A stretch of DNA of 40,325 nucleotides from Desulfobacterales bacterium (GTDB lineage: Bacteria; Desulfobacterota; Desulfobacteria; Desulfobacterales; UBA5616): the NCBI GenBank assembly GCA_046483495.1, contig JAWODC010000012.1:1-40325 (forward strand), given 5' to 3'. The notes below the pieces were generated by a model, which was not told where the DNA came from, did not search any database, and saw nothing but the letters and a program-made list of their open reading frames with translations. Each line of letters starts with the position of its first letter. Positions within the stretch are counted from its first letter, which is position 1. Shown piece by piece: positions 9,121-17,659 of the stretch. The position numbers and the translations under genes were made by a program.

Positions 9121-9869
9121 TTACCCTCGAATTTCGGACGCCTCTTTTCCTGAAAAGCACGGATGCCTTCGGTGCGGTCATGGGTGGTATGAAGCAGAAA
9201 ATAAAGATCCGCCTCCATCCTCAATCCCTGCTCCAATGTCATATCCATGCCTTTGAGAATGGCCTCCTTGGCGTAGCGGAGGGCAATGGCGCCCTTTTGG
9301 GCTATCTGATCCGCGGTTTCCATGGCCGACGCCAATACGGCATCCGTTGCAACCAACCGGCTTACCAGCCCGACGTCCAGGGCTTGCGCTGCATTGACGA
9401 TTTCGCCGGTTAAAATCATTTCCATTGCTCTGCACCGGCCGATCAGTCGTGACAAACGCTGTGTGCCGCCGTCCCACGGGATTTCGCCCTTTAAAATATG
9501 GGGCATACCAAAACATGCGGCATCTGCGGCAACTCGAATATCACAGGCTAAGGCGATTTCCAGCCCCTGCCCCAGGGCATCACCGTTCAAGGCCGCAATC
9601 ACCGGACGGTCGAAAGAGCCGATAACGGCCGCGGCCCGCAAATCGGCCAAACATTCTTCCCCTTTTTTGTCGGTGCCGGTGCAGAATGCCTTATGACCCG
9701 CTCCGGTAATCACGATGACATGGATATCACTTCCATAGCCGATCTCACGGCGGATTTGGGCGAGTTCCACCGTCATCTCCCGGGTCACCGCATTGCCGAA
9801 GTCCGGCCGGTTTAAACGGATAATGCCGACCCTTCCTTGTTTCGAGAATTTTACAAGCGATTCCGTCAT
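9117..9869 (-). CDS. Enoyl-CoA hydratase/isomerase family
   Basis: LNRPDFGNA, AFCTGTD, GQGLE, GGTQRL, AFQEKRRPKF; 4-nt ATGA overlap with the downstream gene. Confidence 0.92.
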   Translation of the reverse strand: MTESLVKFSKQGRVGIIRLNRPDFGNAVTREMTVELAQIRREIGYGSDIHVIVITGAGHKAFCTGTDKKGEECLADLRAAAVIGSFDRPVIAALNGDALGQGLEIALACDIRVAADAACFGMPHILKGEIPWDGGTQRLSRLIGRCRAMEMILTGEIVNAAQALDVGLVSRLVATDAVLASAMETADQIAQKGAIALRYAKEAILKGMDMTLEQGLRMEADLYFLLHTTHDRTEGIRAFQEKRRPKFEGK

Positions 9870-9915
9870 GGTTCGAATCGAGTGAGAAAATGGAAAAAAC
9901 CGCGAAGAGAAGAAG

Positions 9916-9956
9916 CCCGCGGTTGCAGGATTGCATCGCCATCCTGCAGCCGCGGG
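9916..9956 (-). terminator. GC-rich 16-bp hairpin between thiolase and crotonase (terminator or mRNA stabiliser)
   Basis: cccgcggttgcaggat-N9-atcctgcagccgcggg (1 mismatch), followed on the minus strand by CTTCTTCTCTT. Confidence 0.55.
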
Positions 9957-9989
9957 GGTTATACCAACACGTCCGAATACGGCAGCCGA

Positions 9990-11192
9990 TCAGGCATCCA
10001 GGCGGCCGATAATCGACATCCCGCACACGTTTCGATGCGGAAAACCGCCCAGGTTGTGCGTAAGTCCGAATCGTGGATTGGAAAGTTGGCGTTCACCGGC
10101 ACGACCCAGCAGTTGGAGATACATTTCGTAAATCATCCGCAGTCCGGAAGCGCCGATCGGATGGCCGAAGCATTTCAACCCCCCGTCGATCTGGCAGGGT
10201 ATCGTGCCGTCGGCATCGTAAAAACCATCCATAACATCCTTGATCGCCCCGCCTTCCGGTGAAATGAACAGGTCTTCATAAGTCACCATTTCTGTTATGG
10301 AAAAACAATCATGAACCTCGAACATGGACAGCTCTTCCCTGGGATTCTTGATGCCGGCCTCTTCGTAAGCCCGTTTCGCCGCTGCCCGGGTGGTAACGAA
10401 ATATGAGCCGTCCCAGGCCTTGTGGGCGGCCTCCAGACCGTTGCTGTTGGAAAGCTGAAGCGCCTTGACCGACACGAGATCCGTTTTGCCGAGACTCTTG
10501 GCGATCTCCGGGGTTGTAACGATAGCGCAGGCCGATCCGTCACTGACGCCGCAGCAATCGAATAGTCCCAGAGGTTCGGCAATCATGGGGGCGGCCAGGA
10601 TCTGCTCTATGGACACTTCCCGCCGCAGATGCGCCTTGGGGTTTTTCGCACCGTTTTTGTGGCTTTTCCAGGAAACGTGAGCGATCGCCCGTTTCAGGTC
10701 TTCCTTGTTCACGTTGTGTTTGGCCCGGTAGGCACTGGCCAGCTGGGCAAAGGCCCCCGGTGCGGACATGGCAGGCCACCACAAGTCATCCTTGGTTCCC
10801 GCCGTTGCCCCGGGAAGTCCGCCGTAACCGCTGTCTTTGAGTTTTTCGACGCCCAGCGCGAGAGCGATGTCGACGGCACCGCAGGCCACAGCGTAAACGG
10901 CCCCTCTGAATGCTTCGGTTCCCGTGCAGCACATGTTCTCCACGCGCGTGGTGGGAACGTTATCCAGCCTGAGCATCACGGAAAGCGGCGTGGCCGAAAG
11001 ACCCGTGCTTTCCGTCATGTACTGGTTGCCGTACCATGCCGCCTGGATATCATTGATACCGACACCGGCGTCCTTGAGGCATTCCTGGAATGCTTCGTTC
11101 ACGATGTCTTCGACACCGCAGTCATACCGCTCACCAAATTTTGCGCAGCCCATCCCCAGGATGGCCACTTTATCTTTAATGCCGCTTGCCAT
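9990..11192 (-). CDS. Thiolase / acetyl-CoA acetyltransferase (SCP2-type, DUF35-associated)
   Basis: VENMCCTG (catalytic Cys region), EVHDCF, GHPIGASG, THNLGG. Confidence 0.93.
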   Translation of the reverse strand: MASGIKDKVAILGMGCAKFGERYDCGVEDIVNEAFQECLKDAGVGINDIQAAWYGNQYMTESTGLSATPLSVMLRLDNVPTTRVENMCCTGTEAFRGAVYAVACGAVDIALALGVEKLKDSGYGGLPGATAGTKDDLWWPAMSAPGAFAQLASAYRAKHNVNKEDLKRAIAHVSWKSHKNGAKNPKAHLRREVSIEQILAAPMIAEPLGLFDCCGVSDGSACAIVTTPEIAKSLGKTDLVSVKALQLSNSNGLEAAHKAWDGSYFVTTRAAAKRAYEEAGIKNPREELSMFEVHDCFSITEMVTYEDLFISPEGGAIKDVMDGFYDADGTIPCQIDGGLKCFGHPIGASGLRMIYEMYLQLLGRAGERQLSNPRFGLTHNLGGFPHRNVCGMSIIGRLDA

Positions 11193-11205
11193 ATAATCCT
11201 CCTTC

Positions 11206-12675
11206 TTAAGCGTTGTCGACGACCGGCGTCGCCTTCCAGAAGTAATTCTTGAATTTCAACTGATCGTCATCCGTTTTGATTCGAAAGACCATTTCCATGG
11301 GAACCCCCACCTCAACTTCTTCAGGCTTGCAGCCGGTGAACTGCATCATGAACTTGGCCCCCTCTTCGAACTCGATCATTCCGAACAGGAGCGGCGGATT
11401 GGGTGTGTAGGCCAGCCAGTCAACGGTGTAGGACGCGATTTTGCTCTTGCTTTCCGCCAGTGAGTAATCGTCCATGCTGTCCACGGCCCGGCATTCGGGG
11501 TTTACGCAGATATGGGCTTTGGGGAACTGAATGGTGCCGCATTCGCTGCACTTTCCGCCGTAAAGTGAATTGAGCATCTTCCGGTTCCTGTACAGGGTCG
11601 TCATACGCGTCTTCCGGGCGCCGGCTTCGGCCCGCATGCCCCATTCAATGGGCACCAGATTCCGGAAGGACAGGAATTTCTGGTAATTATCTTCAACGAT
11701 ACCGTTTTTCATACCTCCCTTGATCCCCTTTGCCCGGGTTTGTTTGGAAACGGCCTCCGTTGTTTCGAACAGCAGGGCATCCGCTCCCTGGCCAAAACCG
11801 ACCACCAGAATTTTTTCGCCGGGTTTGGCATCCTGGAGCGCATCCACGAGCATCACCACGGCATGGGCGCTTCCGGTTTCGCCGCAGCCATTCATGAGAT
11901 TATCCCTGATCGCTTCCGCCGGCATTCCCATTTTCTTGGCGATCGTCTCGCGTACCCGCTTTATGACACAGGGCAGAACAAAATGATCGATTTCCCCCGG
12001 GGCCACACCGGTTTTTTCCAAAAGGCCTTTGATTGCCGACGGCACGATTTTAAAATATCCTTCTTCCCTGATCCAACGCTCCTCCCATTCGTAATCGAAC
12101 CGTTCGCCCTTTGAACGGAAGTGGTCCACCATATCCCTGCTGACGGAATAGGCCCCCAGATATCGTGCAATCAGGCCGTCACCCTTGCCCAGGGTAACGG
12201 CGGCGGCTCCGTCGCCGTACAACAGTTCCTTTGGGGTCCCGCATTTCGTTTCCCGCTGCTCGGAGGCAACAAACAGAGAAGCTTTACCCTCTCCGCCGGC
12301 AAGTGCTTTCATGGCGGTGATCATCCCTGAGGTCGCCGCCCGCTGAGAGTGCGATACATCGAGGGTCTCGATATTTTCTTTAATGCCGAGCGCTTCGGCG
12401 ACAACCGTAGAATTCTGACGATCATCGAACGGCATCGTGGTCGAGGCGAAGAAAACGGCATCGATGTCCTGCCGGTCAGCTTCTTTCAAGCAGTCCCGTC
12501 CCGCTTCAACCGCCATAGTAATGGTGTCTTCGTCATAATCGCACATAGACCGCTCCGATTTGGCATGGGCCATCAGGCTCGGATCCACCCAAATGTTCGC
12601 CTGAACAATGCTTTTCCGGCTCATCCGCAACCGCGGAATATACCCGCCGTAAGCGGTGATTCCAACTTCGTTCAT
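11206..12675 (-). CDS. HMG-CoA-synthase/KAS III-like domain fused to DUF35 (Zn ribbon + OB fold)
   Basis: GITAYGGYIPRLR, DEDTITMAVEA, GDGAAA, GETGSAH, GFGQGADA; C-terminal CSECG..FP...CVNPEC followed by OB-fold VGVPMEMVFR. Confidence 0.9.
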   Translation of the reverse strand: MNEVGITAYGGYIPRLRMSRKSIVQANIWVDPSLMAHAKSERSMCDYDEDTITMAVEAGRDCLKEADRQDIDAVFFASTTMPFDDRQNSTVVAEALGIKENIETLDVSHSQRAATSGMITAMKALAGGEGKASLFVASEQRETKCGTPKELLYGDGAAAVTLGKGDGLIARYLGAYSVSRDMVDHFRSKGERFDYEWEERWIREEGYFKIVPSAIKGLLEKTGVAPGEIDHFVLPCVIKRVRETIAKKMGMPAEAIRDNLMNGCGETGSAHAVVMLVDALQDAKPGEKILVVGFGQGADALLFETTEAVSKQTRAKGIKGGMKNGIVEDNYQKFLSFRNLVPIEWGMRAEAGARKTRMTTLYRNRKMLNSLYGGKCSECGTIQFPKAHICVNPECRAVDSMDDYSLAESKSKIASYTVDWLAYTPNPPLLFGMIEFEEGAKFMMQFTGCKPEEVEVGVPMEMVFRIKTDDDQLKFKNYFWKATPVVDNA

Positions 12676-13160
12676 AAACTTCTCCTTTCTTGTACCGATT
12701 CGCCTTTTTTAGTGTGGTTTAACCGACCTATAATATTAAAACGCAAATTCCAACTCGTGCAGGGCGGTTTCGGTTCGTTGGAGAATGGTCCAAACCGCCT
12801 TGCCATGAACCCCTTTCCATGAACTTAAGAAAGTTGAATTATAAATTTAAATATTTATGCTATCCGCTCAAAAATTTCAAGCCTTAATTGCAATTCAATG
12901 ATCGGGTATCGAAGGTAGGCAAACGCTTGTTTTTGAAATTGACATCGATCCCTTAAAGTGATAAGAACTGAAAAAAATGTAATAACTTGCAAGGCTTATG
13001 ATGAGGAGGAATTCATAAAATGGCGAATCAAACAGGCAAAAGGTACGTGTGTGAAAAATGTGGGGCGACTTACTTGGTGACAAAAGGCGGTGATGGAGAG
13101 CTTAAATGCTGTAGTCAGCCTATGGTGATAAAAAAATAATTTTATATACAAGGAGGGATC

Positions 13161-13301
13161 ATGAGCCAGTTGGGAAAACGCTACATCTGCGAAACCTGCG
13201 GAACGCAAATTCTGTGCACCAAAGCTGCGGAATCGAATCCTGAATGCTGCGGCCAGGAAATGCCGGTTCAACAGCCGAAGAAGACGCCTTCCTCGGACTA
13301 A
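13161..13301 (+). CDS. 46-aa desulforedoxin-like metal-binding protein (absent from ORF track)
   Basis: RBS AAGGAGG before ATG; MSQLGKRYICETCGTQILCTKAAESNPECCGQEMPVQQPKKTPSSD; CxxC-x15-CC motif; stop 6 nt before the next gene. Confidence 0.88.
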   Translation: MSQLGKRYICETCGTQILCTKAAESNPECCGQEMPVQQPKKTPSSD

Positions 13302-13307
13302 AAAAGC

Positions 13308-14267
13308 ATGAAAAAAACCGCCGTATGTGATCTCCTTTCAATCACATACCCAGTCCTGCAAGGCGGGATGCTTTGGCTTGCCGACGCCGGACTTGCTGCA
13401 GCAGTGTCCAATGCGGGAGGCCTGGGAGTGATCAGCCCGCTTGCCGGCGCTTCGCCTTCCGCCGATGCCGTCGCACATTTGTCGGGGCAGATACAGCAGG
13501 TGCGGACATTAACGGCAAAACCGCTCGGCATCAACCTTCCGCTGGACCTCAGAGATGTCGGGCTCTTGATAAATGCGGCTCTTGAACAAGGCGTCGATGC
13601 GGTAATTACGGCGGCCGGTGATCCGGCCGTCTATACCGGTTTATTGAAAAGCGGCGGCATCACCGTGCTCCACGTGGTGAGCACCGTAAAACATGCCAAA
13701 AAGGCCGAAGAAGCCGGAGCAGATGCGGTTATCGCAGAAGGTGTCGAGGCGGCGGCCAGGAACGGTTTCGATGAATCGCCGCTTTTCTCACTTCTGCCCC
13801 AGGTGGTTGACGCCGTCGATATTCCGGTCATCGCAGCCGGCGGCATTGCGGACGCACGAGGTATGGCCGCGGCGTTCGCTCTCGGCGCCCAGGGCATTCA
13901 AATGGGAACCCGATTTTTAATGACTCGGGAGTGCATCGCGAACGCCGATTACAAGAAGGCGATTCTCGCGGCGGGCGACACGGACACCATTATCACCCTT
14001 CGAAAACTGATTCCGAGCAGGAGCCTGAAAAACACCGGATTTACACACGGTCTTCTGGCCCTGGAACAAGAGGGCGCTTCCAGTGAGGAATTGAAGCAGT
14101 TTCTCGGTCATGCCGCCTCACGCACCGCGGGAATCGAGGGGGATCTGGAAAACGGTGAAGCATATTGCGGCGCCTCCGCCGGGTTGATAAACGATATACC
14201 GCCGGTAAAAAGCGTGATCGATAGGATGGTTGCGGACTGGGATTCGGTCGTCCAAAAACTTCTCTGA
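13308..14267 (+). CDS. FabK/nitronate monooxygenase-family FMN enzyme
   Basis: YPVLQGGM, AAAVSNAGGLG, PVIAAGGIAD, LGAQGIQMGTRF. Confidence 0.9.
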   Translation: MKKTAVCDLLSITYPVLQGGMLWLADAGLAAAVSNAGGLGVISPLAGASPSADAVAHLSGQIQQVRTLTAKPLGINLPLDLRDVGLLINAALEQGVDAVITAAGDPAVYTGLLKSGGITVLHVVSTVKHAKKAEEAGADAVIAEGVEAAARNGFDESPLFSLLPQVVDAVDIPVIAAGGIADARGMAAAFALGAQGIQMGTRFLMTRECIANADYKKAILAAGDTDTIITLRKLIPSRSLKNTGFTHGLLALEQEGASSEELKQFLGHAASRTAGIEGDLENGEAYCGASAGLINDIPPVKSVIDRMVADWDSVVQKLL

Positions 14268-14298
14268 AAAAAACGGCAGCGGTCGGCTTCACCGAACC

Positions 14299-14330
14299 GT
14301 TCACTGTTCACCGTTTTCACTGTTCACTGT
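14299..14330 (+). repeat. Short GTTCACY heptamer array at a convergent gene junction
   Basis: gttcact gttcacc gttttcact gttcact gt; overlaps the TPR gene stop. Confidence 0.55.
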
Positions 14331-15747
14331 CTTGCCTGATGTTTGACAGGACCTTCAATGCCTCTTCGGCCTGCCGACGCTGTTCAGGATATTTTTTTGC
14401 CTCCAGCATAGCCGTATACGCGGTATCGACATCTTCCCGGTTCCATGCGGCATATCCCAGCATCAGCCACGGTCTTCCGGTCGAGGTTCCCAGCCGGGTC
14501 AACTTCCTGAATACGGCTGACGCGCCCGCGTAATCCTTCTGCATAAACAAAATTTCTCCCCTCAGCATCAGCAATTCCGAATTCTTTTTTTCATCCGCCC
14601 TTTCAATCCCTTTTTCGACCCATTTCAGTGCGTTTTCCGGTTGATGAAGGGCCATGTAATTTCGCACCACCGAAACGACAAGATCCGGATCCCAATATTT
14701 TGAAAGCACATCGATTAAAATTTCATTCGATTGCGCCGGTATTCCCGCTGCAGCCGCGACATCCGCTATCCGTTTTTTTTCTTTCACGCCGGGTGTAGTC
14801 AAATGGCTGTAAATCGTCAGCGCGACCAGCGCCTCTCGATAGCCGCCCCGGTTCAAATGAAAATGCGCCAGACCCTTCCACCATTTGCATTCCATCGGAT
14901 CCTCCCGGGTCAGGTATTCGGCAAAGGCAAGCGCCTTGTCATGCATATCCAATGTGATATAGTGATACAGCAAGGTTTCCTGCCATTGCTTTCTTTCCGT
15001 CCCGGTCGACGTTTTTGCCAGCTCCTCGATCAGCGGCAATGCTTCACGATTTCTGTTCAGTGCCAGCAGGGCATGGATCTTTGCCGCTTTCCAATCGAGC
15101 GTGGCCTCTTCTTTGTGCGCCGCCATCAAACGATCGAAAACCTCGAGGGCCTTTTCGTGCTGCCGGGCCGCCAGATAACATGAGCCTGCGTAGTACAGGG
15201 TGGCCGCGTTTTTTTCCGCTGAACGGTCATATGCCGTGGTGAACAGTTCGGCGGCTTTTCCGTACTCCCCGAGTTCGTATCGGCTTTTGGCCAGATTAAA
15301 CCAGGCCGGTGCATAATCCGGTGCCGATTGCAGCGCATACCGGTATTGCTCTGCGGCATCCCGGTACTTTTCGGCCTGCATGTGGCAATTGCCCAGTGCA
15401 AAATGGATGAGATAATGGACCCGATCCTTCTCGATATACGACTGAAGATAAGCGACAGCTTCCGTAACGCGGTCCTTTTCCAAAAGATCGTAGGCACGGT
15501 TTACCGCACGCGAAACCGACGCCGGGGGATCCTCAGCCTTACCTGACGCCGAATACGCCCCATGCGGCCACATAACGAATGCCAGGAAAAAAAGAAAGCA
15601 GGCCACGGACAAAACGTTTTTCCGGTTGCCTTTTTCCCGGACGTTGACGGCTTTTTTGTTTTCGGCAGCCGAGCCGCAGCCGCGCGCCTTCCGGGGACGG
15701 TTTCGGCATTTCCAAATGAAAGAAATGTATGCAGGTGTCGAAATCAT
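14317..15747 (-). CDS. Exported tetratricopeptide-repeat protein of the TonB operon (start may be later)
   Basis: Hydrophobic signal-like segment VACFLFFLAFVMW, multiple TPR-like helices (APAWFNLAKSRYELG); last gene of the exbB/exbD/tonB block. Confidence 0.8.
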   Translation of the reverse strand: MISTPAYISFIWKCRNRPRKARGCGSAAENKKAVNVREKGNRKNVLSVACFLFFLAFVMWPHGAYSASGKAEDPPASVSRAVNRAYDLLEKDRVTEAVAYLQSYIEKDRVHYLIHFALGNCHMQAEKYRDAAEQYRYALQSAPDYAPAWFNLAKSRYELGEYGKAAELFTTAYDRSAEKNAATLYYAGSCYLAARQHEKALEVFDRLMAAHKEEATLDWKAAKIHALLALNRNREALPLIEELAKTSTGTERKQWQETLLYHYITLDMHDKALAFAEYLTREDPMECKWWKGLAHFHLNRGGYREALVALTIYSHLTTPGVKEKKRIADVAAAAGIPAQSNEILIDVLSKYWDPDLVVSVVRNYMALHQPENALKWVEKGIERADEKKNSELLMLRGEILFMQKDYAGASAVFRKLTRLGTSTGRPWLMLGYAAWNREDVDTAYTAMLEAKKYPEQRRQAEEALKVLSNIRQDSEQ

Positions 15748-15792
15748 AAATCAACTTCGGTTCGGATGTTCGAACCGGTTTTGAAACCACCC

Positions 15793-16470
15793 CTAGTCAT
15801 TTTCCAGATTGAACCTTATCGTAGTCTGGACCCAGGTCTTCACGGGTTCACCGTACAAGGTTCCCGGGGAAAACCGCCAGTTCTGAACACAACTGATCAC
15901 GCTGTCTTCAAAAACCCCTTTTGGATCGGATTCTGTAATTTCCACTTGTTCCACTTCTCCTTTTTCCGATACGAGAAGTTTGACCTGAACCCAACCCTCG
16001 ATTCCCAACCGCCTTGCACGCATCGGATATACCGGCGGGACCTGGGCAAGCGGGGAGATAGGCTTGTCGATATCGCCCATTTCATAGGCATCCAGGCCGT
16101 GAACGGCATATTTTTCCATATACAGCGTCGGTGTAACACCGGGCATCTGCGGGAGCGAGGGATTGATCTCAAAGGGCAACCGAAGACGGTTCAGCGGTTT
16201 TTTTCGAAAAACGTCCTTTTTTACATGCTTTTTCAGTGATTCTTCACGCTGCTCCGGCTCTTTTTCCTGAATGCGTTTCTTCGGCGGCTCCTCCCGGCGC
16301 TTTACACGTATCACATTTACCGTATGGGGCTGAATGGCATCGTGCTGCATATCCGATGCCGTGGACAGCAACCCGGGCATCACGCTGAAAAGCGCGACGT
16401 TCAAAATCAATGCGAATATAACGGCGGTATACCAATCCGTTGCGCCTTTTCGGATTTTACCAGCGTCCAT
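15793..16470 (-). CDS. tonB: Energy transducer TonB
   Basis: N-terminal TM, charged/Pro linker, PVYPMRARRLGIEGWV and WRFSPG in the TonB C-domain. Confidence 0.92.
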   Translation of the reverse strand: MDAGKIRKGATDWYTAVIFALILNVALFSVMPGLLSTASDMQHDAIQPHTVNVIRVKRREEPPKKRIQEKEPEQREESLKKHVKKDVFRKKPLNRLRLPFEINPSLPQMPGVTPTLYMEKYAVHGLDAYEMGDIDKPISPLAQVPPVYPMRARRLGIEGWVQVKLLVSEKGEVEQVEITESDPKGVFEDSVISCVQNWRFSPGTLYGEPVKTWVQTTIRFNLEND

Positions 16471-16889
16471 TATTCATCCTCAGGCAGACCGGCGGCGATG
16501 GAGACGTTCCCGGCCCCGGCCAGTTTGCAGCCGTCCAAAACGGCGATAACCGTACCGGTGCTGCTCTCCTTGTCCGCGACGATGACAACCCCGCCCTCGG
16601 GATTTTCGGCCAGAGAACGTGCCACATTCGCACGAACCGCGCGGACATCGATTTCACGATGATCCATGAACACGGCATTTTCCCGGGTTATGCCGATAAT
16701 CAGGCCGGATTTCTCCTTGCTCACGGCTGTGGCGGCCGTCGGCCGGTTGACATCTACGCCCGACTCCTTGACAAAACTGGTGGTTACCAGGAAAAAAATC
16801 AACAAGATAAAAACCATATCGATCAGCGGAGCGATATTGATCTCCGTTGACTGCTGTTTCGCTTTTCTTGCGGCTGTTATATTCAACAT
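16470..16889 (-). CDS. exbD: Biopolymer transporter ExbD
   Basis: INIAPLIDMVFILLIFFLVTTSF, VVIVADK; start set at ATG 16889 with upstream GGAG. Confidence 0.93.
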   Translation of the reverse strand: MLNITAARKAKQQSTEINIAPLIDMVFILLIFFLVTTSFVKESGVDVNRPTAATAVSKEKSGLIIGITRENAVFMDHREIDVRAVRANVARSLAENPEGGVVIVADKESSTGTVIAVLDGCKLAGAGNVSIAAGLPEDE

Positions 16890-16915
16890 ATAAAGTGGCT
16901 CCAGTATGCTTAAAT

Positions 16916-17058
16916 AGTGTCTATCCAGAAATGAGATAATTCGACAGTTCAAGGCGGCCGGGAAATTTTAACCGCAGGAATACATTGAGTATGTTGAGGA
17001 TTAAAATTTCCCGGCCAACGCAGAAATGGAGCGAATCAGCCATTTCTGGATGGGCACT
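16916..17058. mobile_element. 143-bp MITE-like element with 18-bp terminal inverted repeats and 4-bp AAAT direct repeats
   Basis: Left AGTGTCTATCCAGAAATG vs right (reverse complement) AGTGCCCATCCAGAAATG, 16/18; internal perfect 16-bp IR GGCCGGGAAATTTTAA; AAAT at 16912-16915 and 17059-17062. Confidence 0.8.
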
Positions 17059-17659
17059 AAATATGCCTTTTCAAATATATCCCCACCGAGGCGACCCGCT
17101 GCTTCAGCGCCTGTGATCTTCGTTTCAAGAAATTGCTCATGTACAGTCCCGGAATGGCAACCAGCAGGCCGGTCTGCGTGGTAATAAGGGCTTCTGAAAT
17201 TCCCCCGGCCATGGCCTTGGCATTGCCCGTACCATAAAAGGAGATAATATCGAATGTGGTGATCATGCCAAGAACCGTTCCCAGCAGGCCCAACAGAGGT
17301 GCGGTTTTGGCCAATACACCGATTGCCGAAAGGTGCCTGTCCATAGCGGTCGTCAATGAAATGACGGTTTCATCCAGTATATATGAATCCACCTCGGGCA
17401 GTCGGCTTCTGTTTTCGATAAAGTCAGTCACCAGAAGCGCGACAGCCCCGGTAAATTGCCGCGGGTCCGGCAAACGATCCGTTTTGACGAACTCCCCGGC
17501 CGTCTTTCGGTTCATATTGCGCCGGTAGAGCCTTCGGAAAAACATGATGCGGTTGATGATCAATACCCACATGATCAGCGAAATCCCGGCAAGCGGCGCC
17601 ATAACGAGGCCGCCGCCGCTCATGTAATCCCATATGCGGCCGGCGGATTCAGCGATCAT
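17057..17659 (-). CDS. exbB: MotA/TolQ/ExbB proton channel protein
   Basis: APLLGLLGTVLGMITTF, AGGISEALITTQTGLLVAIP. Confidence 0.92.
   Translation of the reverse strand: MIAESAGRIWDYMSGGGLVMAPLAGISLIMWVLIINRIMFFRRLYRRNMNRKTAGEFVKTDRLPDPRQFTGAVALLVTDFIENRSRLPEVDSYILDETVISLTTAMDRHLSAIGVLAKTAPLLGLLGTVLGMITTFDIISFYGTGNAKAMAGGISEALITTQTGLLVAIPGLYMSNFLKRRSQALKQRVASVGIYLKRHI

Noticed and set aside
12676..13160. Sigma54 promoter or small ORFs in the divergent intergenic region
   Set aside because: The best candidate AGGCAAACGCTTGTT lacks the GG-N10-GC spacing; the minus-strand ORFs have no RBS or motifs and two overlap the real 46-aa gene
16890..16952. N-terminal extension of ExbD in the ORF track, and a possible ancestral ExbB-ExbD fusion if the TSD were TA
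   Set aside because: The extension starts inside the MITE; the 4-bp AAAT duplication restores a normal TAA stop and RBS spacing, which is more parsimonious
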